Notes under the pieces: model-generated | Database searches by the model: none | What the model saw: the letters and a program-made list of their open reading frames with translations, nothing else | Told to the model about the DNA's origin: nothing | Part shown: one piece after another, positions 36,001 through 49,805 of the stretch | Numbering within the stretch: the first letter of the stretch is position 1 | Layout: each line of letters opens with the position of its first letter | Program-made: the position numbers and the translations under genes | Assembly (NCBI GenBank): GCA_030704615.1 | Contig: CM060732.1 | Span: 44,516,001 to 44,580,000, forward strand | DNA: 64,000 nt | Reading direction: 5' to 3' | DNA from: Takakia lepidozioides | Lineage: Eukaryota > Plantae > Bryophyta

Positions 36001-39000
36001 AAGTTTCATCCGGTGAGATCTCATGTGCATGTGTTTGTGTTATGGAGGTAACAGTCGAGCAGCAGCCATTTCCATTGATGACTTCTATTTGACAGCTGAT
36101 GAGCAGGTAACCATTGTCAAGTCCTGGGTGTGAACATCCATGGGCATTCCTGTTGGGGTGGGGGGTGTGTTGGTAGGTCATGTCAGTGTCAGGATTTGTG
36201 CGCTTCAGTTTGATTGACAAAACCTTCAATAGCAACTACCTATGTGCTGTTTGCTCAAAGGTGTGAAGTCTGGGGACACAACAAGGTGCTGGAATTGTGC
36301 AGTAAATGGTCAAGATGATGACATGTTGCATTCCTTGGGCCACTTGCAGGCAAAGCTGGCTGCTGTCAATTCAGGCAATGATCTTTTGGAGGTATCCTTG
36401 TACCTCCCTGGAGTAATTGCACTAATTGTTGTTAACACTCATTTCTCATTACCCAAATTTGGAAAAATGGTGGAACGACATGTTGGTTTTGCCAATCTAT
36501 GCTTCAGTTTGATCAGGTGTTGGTCACCCAATAGACAATCTAATGTTACTTCCTTCTTTTTCTCTCCTCTTCTGTGCTTCTTTTGTCCCAACCAGTATGT
36601 GGTCATAGAGGGAATGGGAATTTGCTGCTTAACTTGGTACTTGTTCAATCCAAGGCGTGTAATAGGCATTGCAATCCAAAGAGTCATGTTTGTGGCATTG
36701 GTGCAAAATCAAAGAGGCAAAGGAGCTATGGTGGGATAAGCGATTGTCAGTCTACATTTCTAGGTACTGATAGTCCATTTTCTTCTCAAAGCGTGGGGGA
36801 GAAACTCAGGCCTGCATGAATGGCATGTGTTGCATGGGGCAGCTCCGAGGCAACGCGGGTAGCCACAATCTGCAGCTGGGGACTGACACTATAGAGGCAT
36901 TGCGTTCTCTCACATCCAGTGGTCCGCCTCCACTTGTCTGGCTCTACTTTCCCACTCCAATTTGTGGCACACAATTTTGAACCTCTAGAGTGTCATCTAC
37001 AAATTCGATGAACAAGGGGGAACTCTGGGCACAACTCACGTGTGCCAGTTGGGCATGCTTGCTAGCAAAGTGTAATTGGCAGTAAGGGGGTTCCCCTGTT
37101 GCAGTGAGAAGCCAACTCTTGCGGGTTTTTCCAGTGTCTGGCATTAGAAAATGTTCTTCTCTATTTTCTATGGCTTCTAGATTCCAGTTAGGGCGACCCA
37201 CAACTAGGGTTAAGATTGAAAAGGGTTTTTGAGCAATGAGGGGCTGCAATGGTTCAGAGAAATTGATCAAACTTAGTTGGTGGATCATTGTTTGTGGTAG
37301 TCACAATCCTTGCCTTAGGAGTTGGCACTCCTCTCCTAGTTTCCAAGTTTGTACATACCTCCAGTGCCTGTGCACAAATTTTTGTTCCCTACAAAAATAA
37401 GTGTATTTTTCCAATCTAATCTAGCTGATCGGCAGTTCTTACAGGGTTCGTGTTGTACCCCATATTCACAGTTCTTGTAATACTGTTTGTAGCTGCAGAA
37501 GTGTCTGGGGAGGCGAGTGTAATCAACTGCTCTTGGGGTGTTGGGCCCCTCTCATGTTGATGATCGGGGCACTTTTTTCTTGCGTTGTTCATGGCTGTGC
37601 CTTGGTTGATAGGCCAGGTCGAGCTGTAGTTCGCCTCTTCTGACAAGTCTCTTAATTGCATATTATGTTACAGGTATCAAGGCAAAGCTTCCACGTTACA
37701 ATAAGGTAGAGCATCTTGTCCATCAGTTTTCCTGGATGGTTTAAAAGAACGAAGAAAACTTGACAACTTCCGCTGCCACGCGGCTTTAGAAAGGGTTGTG
37801 TTTACTGAATGTTGACTTTGCCGCTTGGTAAAATTTATGGGAACACATGAACTAAATGCTTATAACTAAGAGAGAATCCTGGCATAATGAGCCCTGACAA
37901 GCTGGGCCATTGAGAGCATAAATATGAACCATCTTAGAACACCCAGGGATGTTACTTTATTCCCATATTTTTCCTTTCTTGTGATCATAGGCCTCTTACC
38001 AAGGGTTTAATCAGAGAATTAACCATCCCTTCAGGCACAGGGCTGGCAAAAGAACCACTCCACAAAATTGCTGTTGCCAGTTTGCTATATACTCTTGACC
38101 TTTATCCATTTAGTTGGCTGACATAAACCCTGGTTTGTGGATAGGCTATCCACTTGGTAAGGAGGTTGAAAAATTAACAACAACGAGTGTTTGCTTGTCT
38201 TTCAATCTTGGGGTTGGGATTGGATTGATTGATGCAGTCAGCCAATATGGGCCGAGGCGATAGGGCAGAGCCGTCCACATGGCCTGAGGTTGAGGGGCCT
38301 GTCAAGGTACTGATTATTGTCTACATTGAAAGAGTGCCCATGAAAAATTAGTCTACAGGAGTTATCTTGTAACATTTTGTTTACAGGCTCTTGAGTATGT
38401 GAGGGGTGGGGTGATTAATGGCCAGGTAGTACTGTTCGAGGGGTGGATGCTTGGTTTTGAACCTCTTGAGAATGCGGTTGTCGGATCTATTGACCCCCAG
38501 GTGTGAAAGGGTACTCTGCCATGTACTTTCGCAAAAGTGATGTTGTAGTAGCACTCTAACAAACTTGGCTCTAGAATGATGGCGCTTCTCAGGGGCAGAT
38601 TCTGTGGAGAAAGGAAATGCCTGTGGTGTGGAGATTTTGCAGCTTTGGCCTTGCCTTGCATCTAGTAAAATATCTGGCACAAAGAGAAATGTCAAGAGTA
38701 CCTTCTGTTGAGAACATTCTGTTGCCCTCTTGGAACTTCAACTCTTGAACAATTATCGTGCAGCTGGTGGCAGTGAACAAGAACCTGGCAGAATATTATG
38801 ATGCATGGCACCGACTGATCGATTCATGGATAATTGTTCAAGTGGGTGATCCTAATTGGGTGTTCCAGTGGCGTTTGGAGGTACTCCTTATACTTTGTTG
38901 AGCTCTTTTAGCACCTCTGTACTGTCATACTGCAACTGAGCTACTTCTCACAAGATTGGCCAGGACAATTGATGATGGAAGTTGGTTTGCAATTCCTCTT

Positions 39001-39627
39001 GGTGGAAGACGATGATCCAGGCTAATGTCAATATGCATTGAAACTCAGACAAATAGCTAGTGGACAACTACATGGCATGAAATCAGTGGCACTTTCCATT
39101 CTTTATTTTGAGCCTAGTTGATCCATGGCCACTCCTTGTGGTGTTCTTTTATTAAGGGATTGCCTGACTTGTGATCCTGTGTGGGATAGGCGGAGGTGGC
39201 AATGAGGGCCCAAGGCAAGCCGGGCATGACAGACGAGCAGGTGCTCCTCTGTGTCCTTGTCAGATGTCCAAATGAACTTCAGGTTCATGGTTTTCACAAT
39301 TGCAAAAGCACGGCTGCATACTTTTCCAAGTGTCTTTGTCTGTCCCCCTCCAAATTGTCAAGCATAATCATACTAAGCATGGTCTATTAAAGCCATAACA
39401 GTCATATATGGACAAGGAATACGTATTTTCTCTAACAGTGTGACTATATCCTGCTTCTCACGAAATCCGATCTTTCTTGCTCTCTGCAGGTTGCAGATTT
39501 TGTGTCGAGATACATACCTGCTTACAAAGCCTACTTGCCACCTCTTTATAGCAAAGGTCCCCGTGGGGCTATACCAGAGCACACACTGAGATTGGACATA
39601 AACCAAGCCCGAAATCCAATTGGCTAG
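33055..39627 (+). CDS. GLYK: D-glycerate 3-kinase (photorespiration), about 12 exons, with a transit-peptide-like N-terminus
   Basis: Exons about 33055-33428, 34986-35223, 35810-35889, 36055-36106, 36350-36391, 36843-36921, 37674-37705, 38238-38306, 38426-38500, 38764-38880, 39190-39240, 39490-39627. Motifs LYEFIC.GPL, IYHYYVPVF, SAPQGCGKTT, SIDDFYLT, RGNAGSH, VLFEGWMLGF, FVSRYIPAYKAYLP. Confidence 0.93.
33522..34859 (+). mobile_element. 5'-truncated non-LTR retrotransposon (RTE/RTEX-like LINE) in GLYK intron 1
   Basis: RT C-terminus (GLEANVSKC..YTYLGV..RPALEYG) and zinc finger CPLCGQSEDSIHFLIHC. 14-bp TSD tctcaccccgctgc at 33508-33521 and 34860-34873. Confidence 0.88.
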
Positions 39628-42600
39628 TCATGAGATCTTATCCCTTCTTCACATCACAGTCCGCATCATGCAAAACCAGACCATTGATGAACATGTAGCA
39701 TGGCATGAGGCGCAAGCTGTCAGCTGGAGTGTGGAACCTGGAGCCTTCTGTGAGACATGAAGGTGATAACAGTCCCTTTCAAATGTTTATCCACACACAG
39801 GCTTCTCCAACAGCCCTGCTGAGCTCCCTTCAGGACTGCACATGTTCCATGCTCATACATTTGCTGGGACGGCTGTAATCTGCTAAATTTACCTTCATAT
39901 AGGTTGTTTTAAACCCTGTGCATATGTCATATGTACACATGACTTTTCTTAATCCAAATTCTGTTTGGCAGTCCCATTTGCAGTCATATATCTAAAAACA
40001 TATCTAATTTTCTCATTTGAAAGAGAGGGGATGGAAGCCCTGAAATCGAATTGAAATCGAGTCCATGAAGAGAAATGTGCGAATGAGAGGTGCAAATTAT
40101 TACTGAAGTGAAGATAAAGATAGAGTTTCTTCAACGTCCAGTGACGTTACAGAGCCTACTGCTCAACACACAGCCCATCGAGGGGCCAATGGATGGTTGA
40201 AGGCTCAATAAGAAGCATGAAAGGTGAAGGCAGATAAGATTTGGATTCCACAAACAGCCTAAAGAATGTTGCATCTTATGTCCCACAGGGAACCAAGACA
40301 ACATCAGCCATAAGCAACTTATCACGCGCCCTTGATAAAGTAAAAGAGAGCCTGCCAATGCAGTAAGGTGAAAGGTGCAAAAAATGCAGCTGCAGCTGAT
40401 GCCTGCCAATGCAGCTGATGGCCAAAGTGTTTATTGTCTCCCCCCGTCAAATGAGCCTTCCACAATAGCATGTAGTGTCATGCATATCATAACGTTGCAT
40501 ATTTGGTGTTTGTTGGTTTGGGTTGCAAAATAAATAAAAACAATTGACCTTATTGATATATTCTTGCAATCATAAACTAACACTTGTGTTTGAGGGAAAA
40601 AAATGAATTAGTTATATTGTATGAACTTATATATTAATGTCAGAGTTTAATACTATCCAATAGTTTCATCGAAATTCGACCTTTACGCACTGGAATATAA
40701 CTTATATATAACAAATAAACCTACAAATAACAATGAATGTGTATTATATTCGAGGTTGGGTACATATTCTTAGATGGAATTGAGGATGACATTGTAGTTA
40801 CACAATTGGCATTCTCCAACTATTGCAAAAATAATGAAAAATATTATGAACTGTCACAACAAGTTTGTTTAATTGGAGAGATGATAGTAGATTTGCAACA
40901 TGGTTGAAACAAAATACACATTTGGGAGATTTGTTACACCTTCGCAATCCAAAGTTCTCCAAGTTTTTGCGCCTCATTTTGTTTCTTGCCAAAAAAAACA
41001 TCTCTTGGATTGTATTCGTAGCATGGATGATGATCATTTATTGGCTTTGAAACAAGAGAGATGGCTATGGTGGTGATTAATTCTATCCTTCATTTGTCAA
41101 TAATTGTACCAATACAACGGTAACACAATCGATTGTGTCATTGTTGACATAATTCATTTGAGGCAATTCAAAACACAAACTAGCCACTGCCTCTTAAATA
41201 ATGGATCATCTCTTTCCATGTGAACGACCATATAAGACCTTTAGCAGGAGTTTTTGACACCTTGATTGAATACAATGATGAAGATGCTCAAATAAACTTT
41301 GTTGGCATTTAAGGAACACATTTTGAATGCACATGTGGACAATATCGTGCAAGTTGTTGGGGCTATGGATGCCCCCCATGAGTTTAGCTCTCGAATTCTA
41401 CATTCCTGCCTAGATTCAAACACATTGAAAGTCCTTTGCTAGAAAATTTTGAGCACAATATGATGAACCTCCCACCATGAGCTCTCCTACTTTGAGAGCA
41501 GTTCCTCTAATAACCTCATAAAACCTCCCCCATGCCCCCAATCATTGGTGCCATGCAACTTGGCACCGTGCTACATTTGCACTTTGCTCACGCAAAGAGC
41601 AGTATAACTGAAATAAATCCAATTTCCTACAGCATTACAAATACAAAAAACTTCCATGGGCACCCATTACTGCAAAAGAACTCTACATTTTGGAATAGTT
41701 GTGAAAGGAAAATCCAAACAAAGCAATGCATTACTTTGACCGACGAATTCAGATTCAGACAATGGTGGAAGTTTCCATATTGTTGATTCTACAAAAATCC
41801 AGAATATGTGAGAAGATAGCCCATCTTCTCATTATTCAAATGTTGAACACAAATGATGAAGTGATCAATGTTGTCAAAATTCTTTGATTACGAAAAACGA
41901 CATCATCGACCTAAAAAATCTTGCTCCAATCTTACATTAACATCATAGTTCACCAACATATAGATTGCCTAATTCCAACCTTGTGTTGTCATTTACTTCA
42001 ATGCACCGCTAATTGTCATACAACGATTGATAGTTATAAGTTTATCAACTATTGCACTGTCGATTTCTAATGACATTTCATTATGATGTTCTATTCATCA
42101 AACCACCAAAAAGAAGGTTTTAAATTCATATCTGACATTTCATCTTCTTATTTATTTTCATTTAAAACCTTCTTCCATAACACATTGTTCAACTTATGCT
42201 CAAAGCCTTCGACAATCGCAGTTTTTCTTTCCCGCAAGCCATCATGGATGTTGTAAAAACTGATGACTAGATAAATAAGCCACCACATGTATGTAAAGAA
42301 GCATAATGCAAAATAGTTATAAGATACTAATGAAAAATTGCATATGAATTCATTCGAATATGTAATGCATGAAGAAGTCACCAAAAAATGAAATAATGTT
42401 TAGGCGGTGGAGATGTATCATCGTCGATACCTACACATAGTGTAGAATTGGGACTTGTTGAAGCGGATCACTTGGAATCGGTCCACCTTATCCACCCACA
42501 ACTCTTTTAGCACGGTCTCTCATTGCGTCGAGTACCCACTCCTGTGTAGAGGTATTTTGGCCTGGATCGATGGCACAACACATTTAGGCAATGGGTGATG

Positions 42601-43997
42601 CTCGGGCATGTAGGTGTGCAAAATCGGTTTGGGTGTCTCCCTTCTTGCGTCCTTTTACCTACAAAAACGAGAGCAATGTTGTTCAAGCATCATGTAAGCA
42701 AAAAATAGGTACAATCTTGTTACATCTCCCCCAAATAAAGAAAAAAACATGTAAAATATAATATGTGATCTACGTTGGCTGTGACGGCAAGTTGGCCGCA
42801 GGGAGAGCCCGACAACACAAACATAACATTTTATCCCAAGCGTAGAGGCTTCCCATAAGCTACGTGTAAGATATCTTTTTGTAAGAATCTTCAAGGTATC
42901 TTTCGTCTCAAAGTACACTTTATGACTTATAAAACCGGGCATGAACCCCATAGTGGTTATGAAATTCTGGAACTTTAGTACTTGTTCGTGTCATTCGAAT
43001 ATCCGATCAATTTTGAAAAAGTTGTTCTATCCTATCACAATCCATAATTAATAATAGCAAAGATGGGATTGTGGCCCGTGGGAGCAATTCCAAATGAGAA
43101 AACACATTTGCACGAATGTGCATGTAATCACGATACACGGCGACGGGAGGGGATGGTGTATGATGCCATGGCATAGAGAGAGAAACCATTATAAATACAC
43201 CACTACAACCACTACTACTCTATCAAGCCAAACAATGGTGACATGATTTATGTTGGTAAGTGCGTATACAGCCTCATGGCCAGACCATTAATCAAGTTAA
43301 CAAACTTGATCTCCTATTGCAATGGCTGACCAATATAATGCATAATTCATTTTATGTATTCTGTTCAATTATCAAAATAGCTGCAAGCATTAAACGTCAT
43401 GACCTTTAGCATGCATCAATAGCCTAATTAATGAAAATTTATAAGACTACCACATGAGTTTTACTTGAAATATCGATAGAAGATAATATATGGATGTTGG
43501 GTTAGCTTCTTAATCTGTAACTTCTCTTGACCCATAGTTTATTTTTGAATTTGCTAGAGGCCCTTTGCTCATTTAATGGGATTTAATTTCTTCAGACAAC
43601 ATGTTGAGGAACGGAGGGAGGTTTAGAGTTAGACGATTGCGGCATTACAGTTCAACAACAGACAATTAGTTGTCGTTGGGATCCAAGCGTGGATCAATTA
43701 TTTTCAAAAGTGAAGGTTCTCAAAAAGTGTATTAAAAGATTCTACATTGTGCGAACCTGAAATCATACAAATTCCTTGTAATTCGATAACCCAATTCTAA
43801 AATTTGTCAGTGACCCTGAATGAACAATAAGTCATAATTCGACGCAGCCCAATTGCCTAGTGTTGCATTTTAGATGATTGTCTCTTACAACCAATAAATA
43901 AGGGCCTCAGGTTTGTGTTAGGTGTGAAGATTAGAGGGTGGTCAAGGAATTAAACGCGAGGGTTATAGTAAGCTACACCAGGAGTTGAATTAATAAC

Positions 43998-45341
43998 TGT
44001 CGTGTAAGGGGGTAAGAAAAAAAGATAGGAAGGCGACAGATATTAAATTGGGGATGGTTCCAACGCAAAATTGGGGTAAAAAGGTGCACGTGGTGGTTTC
44101 TAAGGATGACATGTGTCCCAGGGCAGCCTTCTAGAAAGGTCCCACCGCCTTGAGAGGGTATATAAAGGAGAGCCCTTGCCTTTTACTACTTTCTTACTAA
44201 TTTACTACTTACTAACATAGTAAATAGTGGGCTCTGCAGATGTAGGGCCCAAAAAAAACACAAACATAGGAATATGCGGTACACCATGCCATAATAAATT
44301 AATAGCAGCAAGGCAAATGATGAATAAGCCCCCTGGATGTGAACCATGCATGTTTGTTGTAGCTCTGCTAGATATTGAACGGCTGATTTTTGTAGTGTGT
44401 ATCTCCCCCCTAAAGCCTGTTGCTGTCACCCCTAAGGCTCCTGTTGGTCTCAGTCTGTGTAAAAATTAAGGATACCTCACAGATCCCGTAAAAGCGTCTA
44501 AGTCCCAAGCAGCCCTCTAACATTTACCCCTCCTCCTCTCAAAAAGCCGTGTCCTCACGGTTTACTGTTTGGGATTAGCAAACCTTTATGAGCGAGCACC
44601 CTTGTGATGTTGAGAGTCTCGTGAAGGACTCCGTGTGAGCCTGTGTCCTGTCACTGGTTGAGGGAGATGATTGAGCACTACCTGGAAATGTCAGTCCTTC
44701 CTTTGGCTGATATCGAGGTAATCTTTCAGGAATAGGAGACCCCCGTCGCTTCTTCTCTGCCATCTGAATTGCATAGTCCTCTGCCATGTCAAAAGAGTCC
44801 GCTGAAGAACCAGTAGTATCAGAATCGTCTTCCCCCCTGAAGTGTTTTAACGGTCGAACTCTAACTGGAATCCTCTAGGGCATACAATGTGGTCCCACCA
44901 TGTCTGGAAGTTTAATCTGTAAAACTTGTTGTAAGCGCTGAATTGCAAAATTGGTGAAGACCCTGAACTCCTTGTCTGTCCAGGTGAGTGGTGTACCAAT
45001 GACTTGTGAATTGTGCAAGTTTTTCCATGTCTCATGGCCCTTAAAGAAAATATCGTCAGGCCCGAATTTCTGTGTTGACCAATTGTTCCAGGCCGCATGA
45101 AACCATGAACGAATTTGAGAATCCTTTTGCATCATAACTTTTGCCTCATATAGGTACATATGAGGTGGCACTGCAGGTAAGATCCAATGATCCCCACTGG
45201 AATAACTCAGAAAGCGCGATTGCATCTTCTGCTGTTCAATGTGATAACGTGCCAGAAAACAAGCAGCGTAGTATAGCCCGCAGCCCATGACAATACTTGC
45301 TACCTCCTTGGTCTTGGTATAAATGAATCCATGTACAACTT
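43998..45341 (-). mobile_element. 3' remnant of an LTR element: unassigned ORF, PPT and LTR-like sequence
   Basis: Minus strand gagaggaggaggggtaaa|TGTTAG at about 44540-44517 (PPT then TG start). ORF remnants at 44575-45340. 44390-44470 is an inverted copy of 45438-45510. Confidence 0.5.
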
Positions 45342-45439
45342 TGTCGTGCGCATACGTATCACTACACAACTACATCGCTGTACAAAACCACACAACACAT
45401 GTGCACGCCACACACTAGTATATCACTAGTCCACCACTA
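45342..45439 (-). mobile_element. Isolated A-type terminus of a third copy of the DNMT/PHD Gypsy family
   Basis: Reverse complement of about 14076-14173, ending exactly at GCGCACGACA and abutting an unrelated ORF. Confidence 0.85.
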
Positions 45440-46104
45440 ATTTTTGTGCAGACTGAGACCAACAGGAGCCTTAGGGGTGGCAGCAACAGGCTTTAGGGGG
45501 GTTACACAGCCCGACACAGCCTTACACAGCCAGTCACAGCTCGGCACAGCTTGACACAGCCTGTCACAGTACATGGGGAACAGTTATCATTGACAGGGAA
45601 CGACTGTGAGGGAAGGACATCTGCAGAAGGAACGTGTTAATGACGGTTAATTAGTTAGGTGGTTAGAACAGCTTGCGGGCAGATAAGGAGGGGGGCAACG
45701 GGCAGATTATGGGTCATGCATGAGAGGAGATCAGGCGGGGAGCAAGAAGGAGGAAAGATGAACAGTAGATGTTTATTTACCTGCAGAGCTGTAGTGATAC
45801 GGTAGGGCAGATTAGAGTCACCATGGCATTGGCCTGATACCTGATAAATCATAATCTGATACTTATTCGATACAAACACACTGTGTAGAGAGACATGAGT
45901 GAAGTTGTGGAATGAATGCATGATTAACTGGAACTTAATAGATATTGAAGCAATCTGATGCTTCAGTATACACGGTAAGGTAAATTGATAACATGAAGGC
46001 AAGAAGGAATACAAATAGGAAGCACAACCATGATTCACTAGCTGCAGGTCATAACTGATTGTTCTGAGCGGGCTGAGTGCTTAGAGATATCCAACTCTTC
46101 TATC

Positions 46105-46746
46105 TTGGAGTTTCCACCTCGGATAGCGAAGGGATGGGTGAGTAAAAGCCGCTCGACATTTGGCGACCATACTGGGGAACTGGGTCATGAACAGCCAAAT
46201 GTGACAGGCATCTGGTGGGATCATGGTGGTTGGAGAATTAAAGAATTTGATGTGAATCAAATTCCCTGTGAAACTGAGAAGGAAAGATTGTCCAAACAAT
46301 TCTTTCAGAGGTTCTTGGAATTGCTAGATGGTTGTAAAGAAAACATTCTTAAGAGAATGCATGATGCTGACCCTGAGTGGGGTCTGGAGAAATGGGTGAT
46401 AAAGATTTATCAGGTGGCCTGTAGAGGAAGAGCACGTTGGTTACCAACACTGGTTTATGTGATAACATTGCTATCCATTAAGCGAGTAGACTTTGAAGGC
46501 TGGGAGGAAATGAAGGTGAATGTTTATACTCATATGCATGAAGAGCTTGTACAGGTAAAGAATTGGATTCCAAAGGATATTCTATGGATCAAACTCACAC
46601 CAAAAACAGCTTTCCAGACTTGTTTGCCATATGGTTATATGGTAATGGAGACTTCTAGTATAGCCAAGGGTGCATTGAAGCTTGAAAGAAACCCAGGCAT
46701 ATACGAGAGATACTACAAAAGAGAGTTTTGGTTATTGCCACATTAA
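46105..46746 (+). CDS. Unassigned extra ORF upstream of gag
   Basis: 213 open codons, followed by an acidic stretch at 46938-47270; no recognisable domain. Confidence 0.5.
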   Translation: MEFPPRIAKGWVSKSRSTFGDHTGELGHEQPNVTGIWWDHGGWRIKEFDVNQIPCETEKERLSKQFFQRFLELLDGCKENILKRMHDADPEWGLEKWVIKIYQVACRGRARWLPTLVYVITLLSIKRVDFEGWEEMKVNVYTHMHEELVQVKNWIPKDILWIKLTPKTAFQTCLPYGYMVMETSSIAKGALKLERNPGIYERYYKREFWLLPH

Positions 46747-47597
46747 AGAAATGAAAGACATGGGACATGAGTGATGAAAGAGAAGCTAGACTCCAGAGAT
46801 ATTCAGCAAAAAGATAAAGTTATCTGAAAGCTAATTATCCATATCTTTGGGAGAGAGGAATAGACATAGGGGAATCATCTGGACCTCTCACACCATTAAG
46901 ATCAGAGAGTACATCACCCATACCGGAAGAACTAGAGTTGGATGTCACTCCTTGTTTTTCTTTGCAAGAAAGATTAAGGGAATTGGTACGGGAAGAAGAT
47001 CAACCACGAGGTGAAAGATCTGAGGTATATCCCTGGATAAAAGATTTGACAGAAATCTTTGATAAGAGTTGGCATGGAACACCAAAAGCAGGAACTCCAG
47101 TTTATGAGACGGAAGATGAAGAAGGAGGAGAGGATGTGGCAGAGCCAACGGAGAGTTCAGACTCTCCAACACCATTGCAGTTGAGTTACATGAATGAAGA
47201 AGAAACCCAAGGGCAGAACTTGGAGGATGAAAACAGAGAGAAGAAATTGGAAGAGGAAGAGTATGAATAAGTAGACCCAACAGCTGAGGTTAAGACTACA
47301 ACCAAGACATCCCAACCCGTTGGACCTGGATCAAGTGGAGCACTTGGATCACAGGCCAACGAAGGTGTCGGCTCAGGGGGATCAGGCGGGCTGTTTGGAT
47401 CTGGCTCTGGGGGGACAGGGAGTGTGGGAAGTAGTGCAACTGGAGCTGGGAATACTGTGAATATCGTGGGGCCAGTAGCAGGGAGTGCTCAGGGGCCACC
47501 ACTTGGTGGAAGATCCACCACAACTACAACAGGTCCTCAAGGACCAGCACCAGCAAGGGGGCCAGCATCTGTCAGTGGGCAGAAGGTAGGGCCATAA

Positions 47598-49028
47598 ATG
47601 GCGTTACAACCAACACGGGCAAAACCACCTTTTCCAATATATTCAGGAAAAGGGGATCCTGATGTACACATTAGCCAGTTTGAGCACATGTGTATTGTGA
47701 ACAATGAGAATGGCGATGATGCCAAGATGAGATTGTTTCCTTGTTCACTTATCAAGAAAGCAAGTGAATGGTATGCAAGATTCCCTGATAATCATTTCCT
47801 AACCTGGAATGGCTTGAATACAGCATTCCGAAATAGGTTCAGAACAAGTAAAACTGAGGATGAAGTGTATGGAAGTTTACAACAGTTAAAGCAAAAGAAG
47901 CATGAAACAGTTGAGGAGTATATGGAAAAAATGGAATTGATGATGATAAAGCTGGCTGCTGTACCAGCACCAGGTTTACAGAAGACTTGGTTTGTGAGTA
48001 GACTAAGACCAGAGTTGTAAAAGAAAGTGGATATGTTACCCCATAATACAGTGGAGGAGGCATTTGAAACAGCGAACAAAACTCAGGAGGGAGAAAAGGG
48101 ATGATGAGGACTCTGAGGATGAGTCAGATGAGGAAGAAGAGCAAGAGCTGAAAATGAAGAATAAGAGAAAGGAGAAGTTGAGGAGGGATAACTATGAGAA
48201 AAGATTAGAAGAAATCTTGAAGAAGTATGCCACAGAGGCTGCAACACATTGGAGGAAGGGTGTTTGGTGTGCAAAGTGCCAGAATAAAGGCCATACCACC
48301 ACTGAATGCCACATGAAGGAGAAACACTGTACTATCTGTAAAATGGATAACCATTCTACTGAGAATTGTTACTACAACAGAAGGACAGCAGCTAGAGAAC
48401 CTAGGCAAGTAAGGGTGCATCAAGTGCAGCCCCAGCCAAGAAGAAACAGTGATCAGGACCACTATGGTAGGCCTGGTGGTTATAACAATGGCATGGAAGG
48501 AAGAGGTAATCCAAGAGGGAATTACCAAGGAAATTCCAGAGGCAACTATCAGGGTAATCCAAGGGGGAATTACCAGCCATGGAGTCAAGATTACATAAAC
48601 AATTCCAGAACAGACCAAGGGCGAGGACCTAATGGGGAAGAACTGTGTTACTATTGTAATCAGGCAGGCCATCGCAAGGCAGCCTGTCCATTCTAGATCA
48701 GACACCAGAATGAGATGAGAGCTCCTGTGAATGAGGGGCCAGTGGTGGCAGCTCACATGGTTAGGCCATGTGTTGTACCAGAAGTAAGTACAATGATAGT
48801 AACGAGAAGCAAAGCCAAACTAATACCTCCAGTAAATGAGGAAGATGATGATAATGAAGATGGCAGTGATGTGCCTGAAGATGATGAGGCTTGGAGAGAT
48901 GAGAAGGAACTGCACAAGGAAGTGGCAGATACCATAAGGGAAATGCAGAAGAGTACTGATATTCCTATGGCTGATTCCTCTGATTCTGAAAGAGAAGAGG
49001 AAGTGAGTGAGGATGAAGGGAAGAAAGA
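47598..49028 (+). pseudogene. gag: gag of the second Gypsy element
   Basis: YSGKGDPDVHISQF..KMRLFPCSL..ASEWY..TWNGLNTAFRNRF..LKQKKHETVEEY; three CCHC knuckles; stops and frameshifts. Confidence 0.85.
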
Positions 49029-49805
49029 TGTCGTGCGCATACATATCGCTACACAACTACATCGCTGTCCAAACCACGCCACTTATATATGCACAATAAA
49101 GTAGTCTGCCACAATGATAGAACAAGCTAAGAGACACACTGTTCACACCAGAAACAACATGAAATCCATCGCTATCACTCGTTAAAACAGAAGTCGAGCC
49201 AGGGGCACCCCAAGCTGTGGGGACTCCACCCCACAACAACCTACACTCCCATCATAAGCACACTCAAATCTAAACGCATGAAGGAGTTCGGTCGCGCAGG
49301 CTCAACTCGAGAGAGATGAGCTACGCGACTGCCGCTCTCGTGAAGATAAGGCCGTTCAGGTGTCAAACTAAACTTGACACCTGATTTAACACTTGACCTA
49401 AATCCAAGTAACTAGCTTTATTCTAGTTCTTTTCACACTGTGCTTATTTAACTTGACAGCTGTCGTGCGCATACATATCGCTACACAACTACATCGCTGT
49501 CCAAACCACGCCACATATATATGCACAATAAAGTAGTCTGCCACAATCGCCCCCCTAGCTGGTGGGTAGGTCCCTCTACCTCCAGATAGCTACAAGATGT
49601 AATAGCCACAGCCGTACTAAGTCCTCTATCACTGCCCCTATTGCACTCAAACTCTATAGACCAAGAGGCCGGGTACAAGAGTAGCCCCATCGTTAGTCGC
49701 CGTCTTGCAATCTGTGAACTTGAGCCAGGACCTCGTGTGTTCAAGGTCTCCTAGTAGCTTGGCCTTGCATTTCTTGTTAGCCTTCCATGGTTGTATCCAC
49801 TCCCA

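Noticed and set aside
40700-43200. Decayed PIF/Harbinger-like transposase remnants
   Set aside because: Only faint resemblance; no TIR, TSD or catalytic motif could be confirmed.
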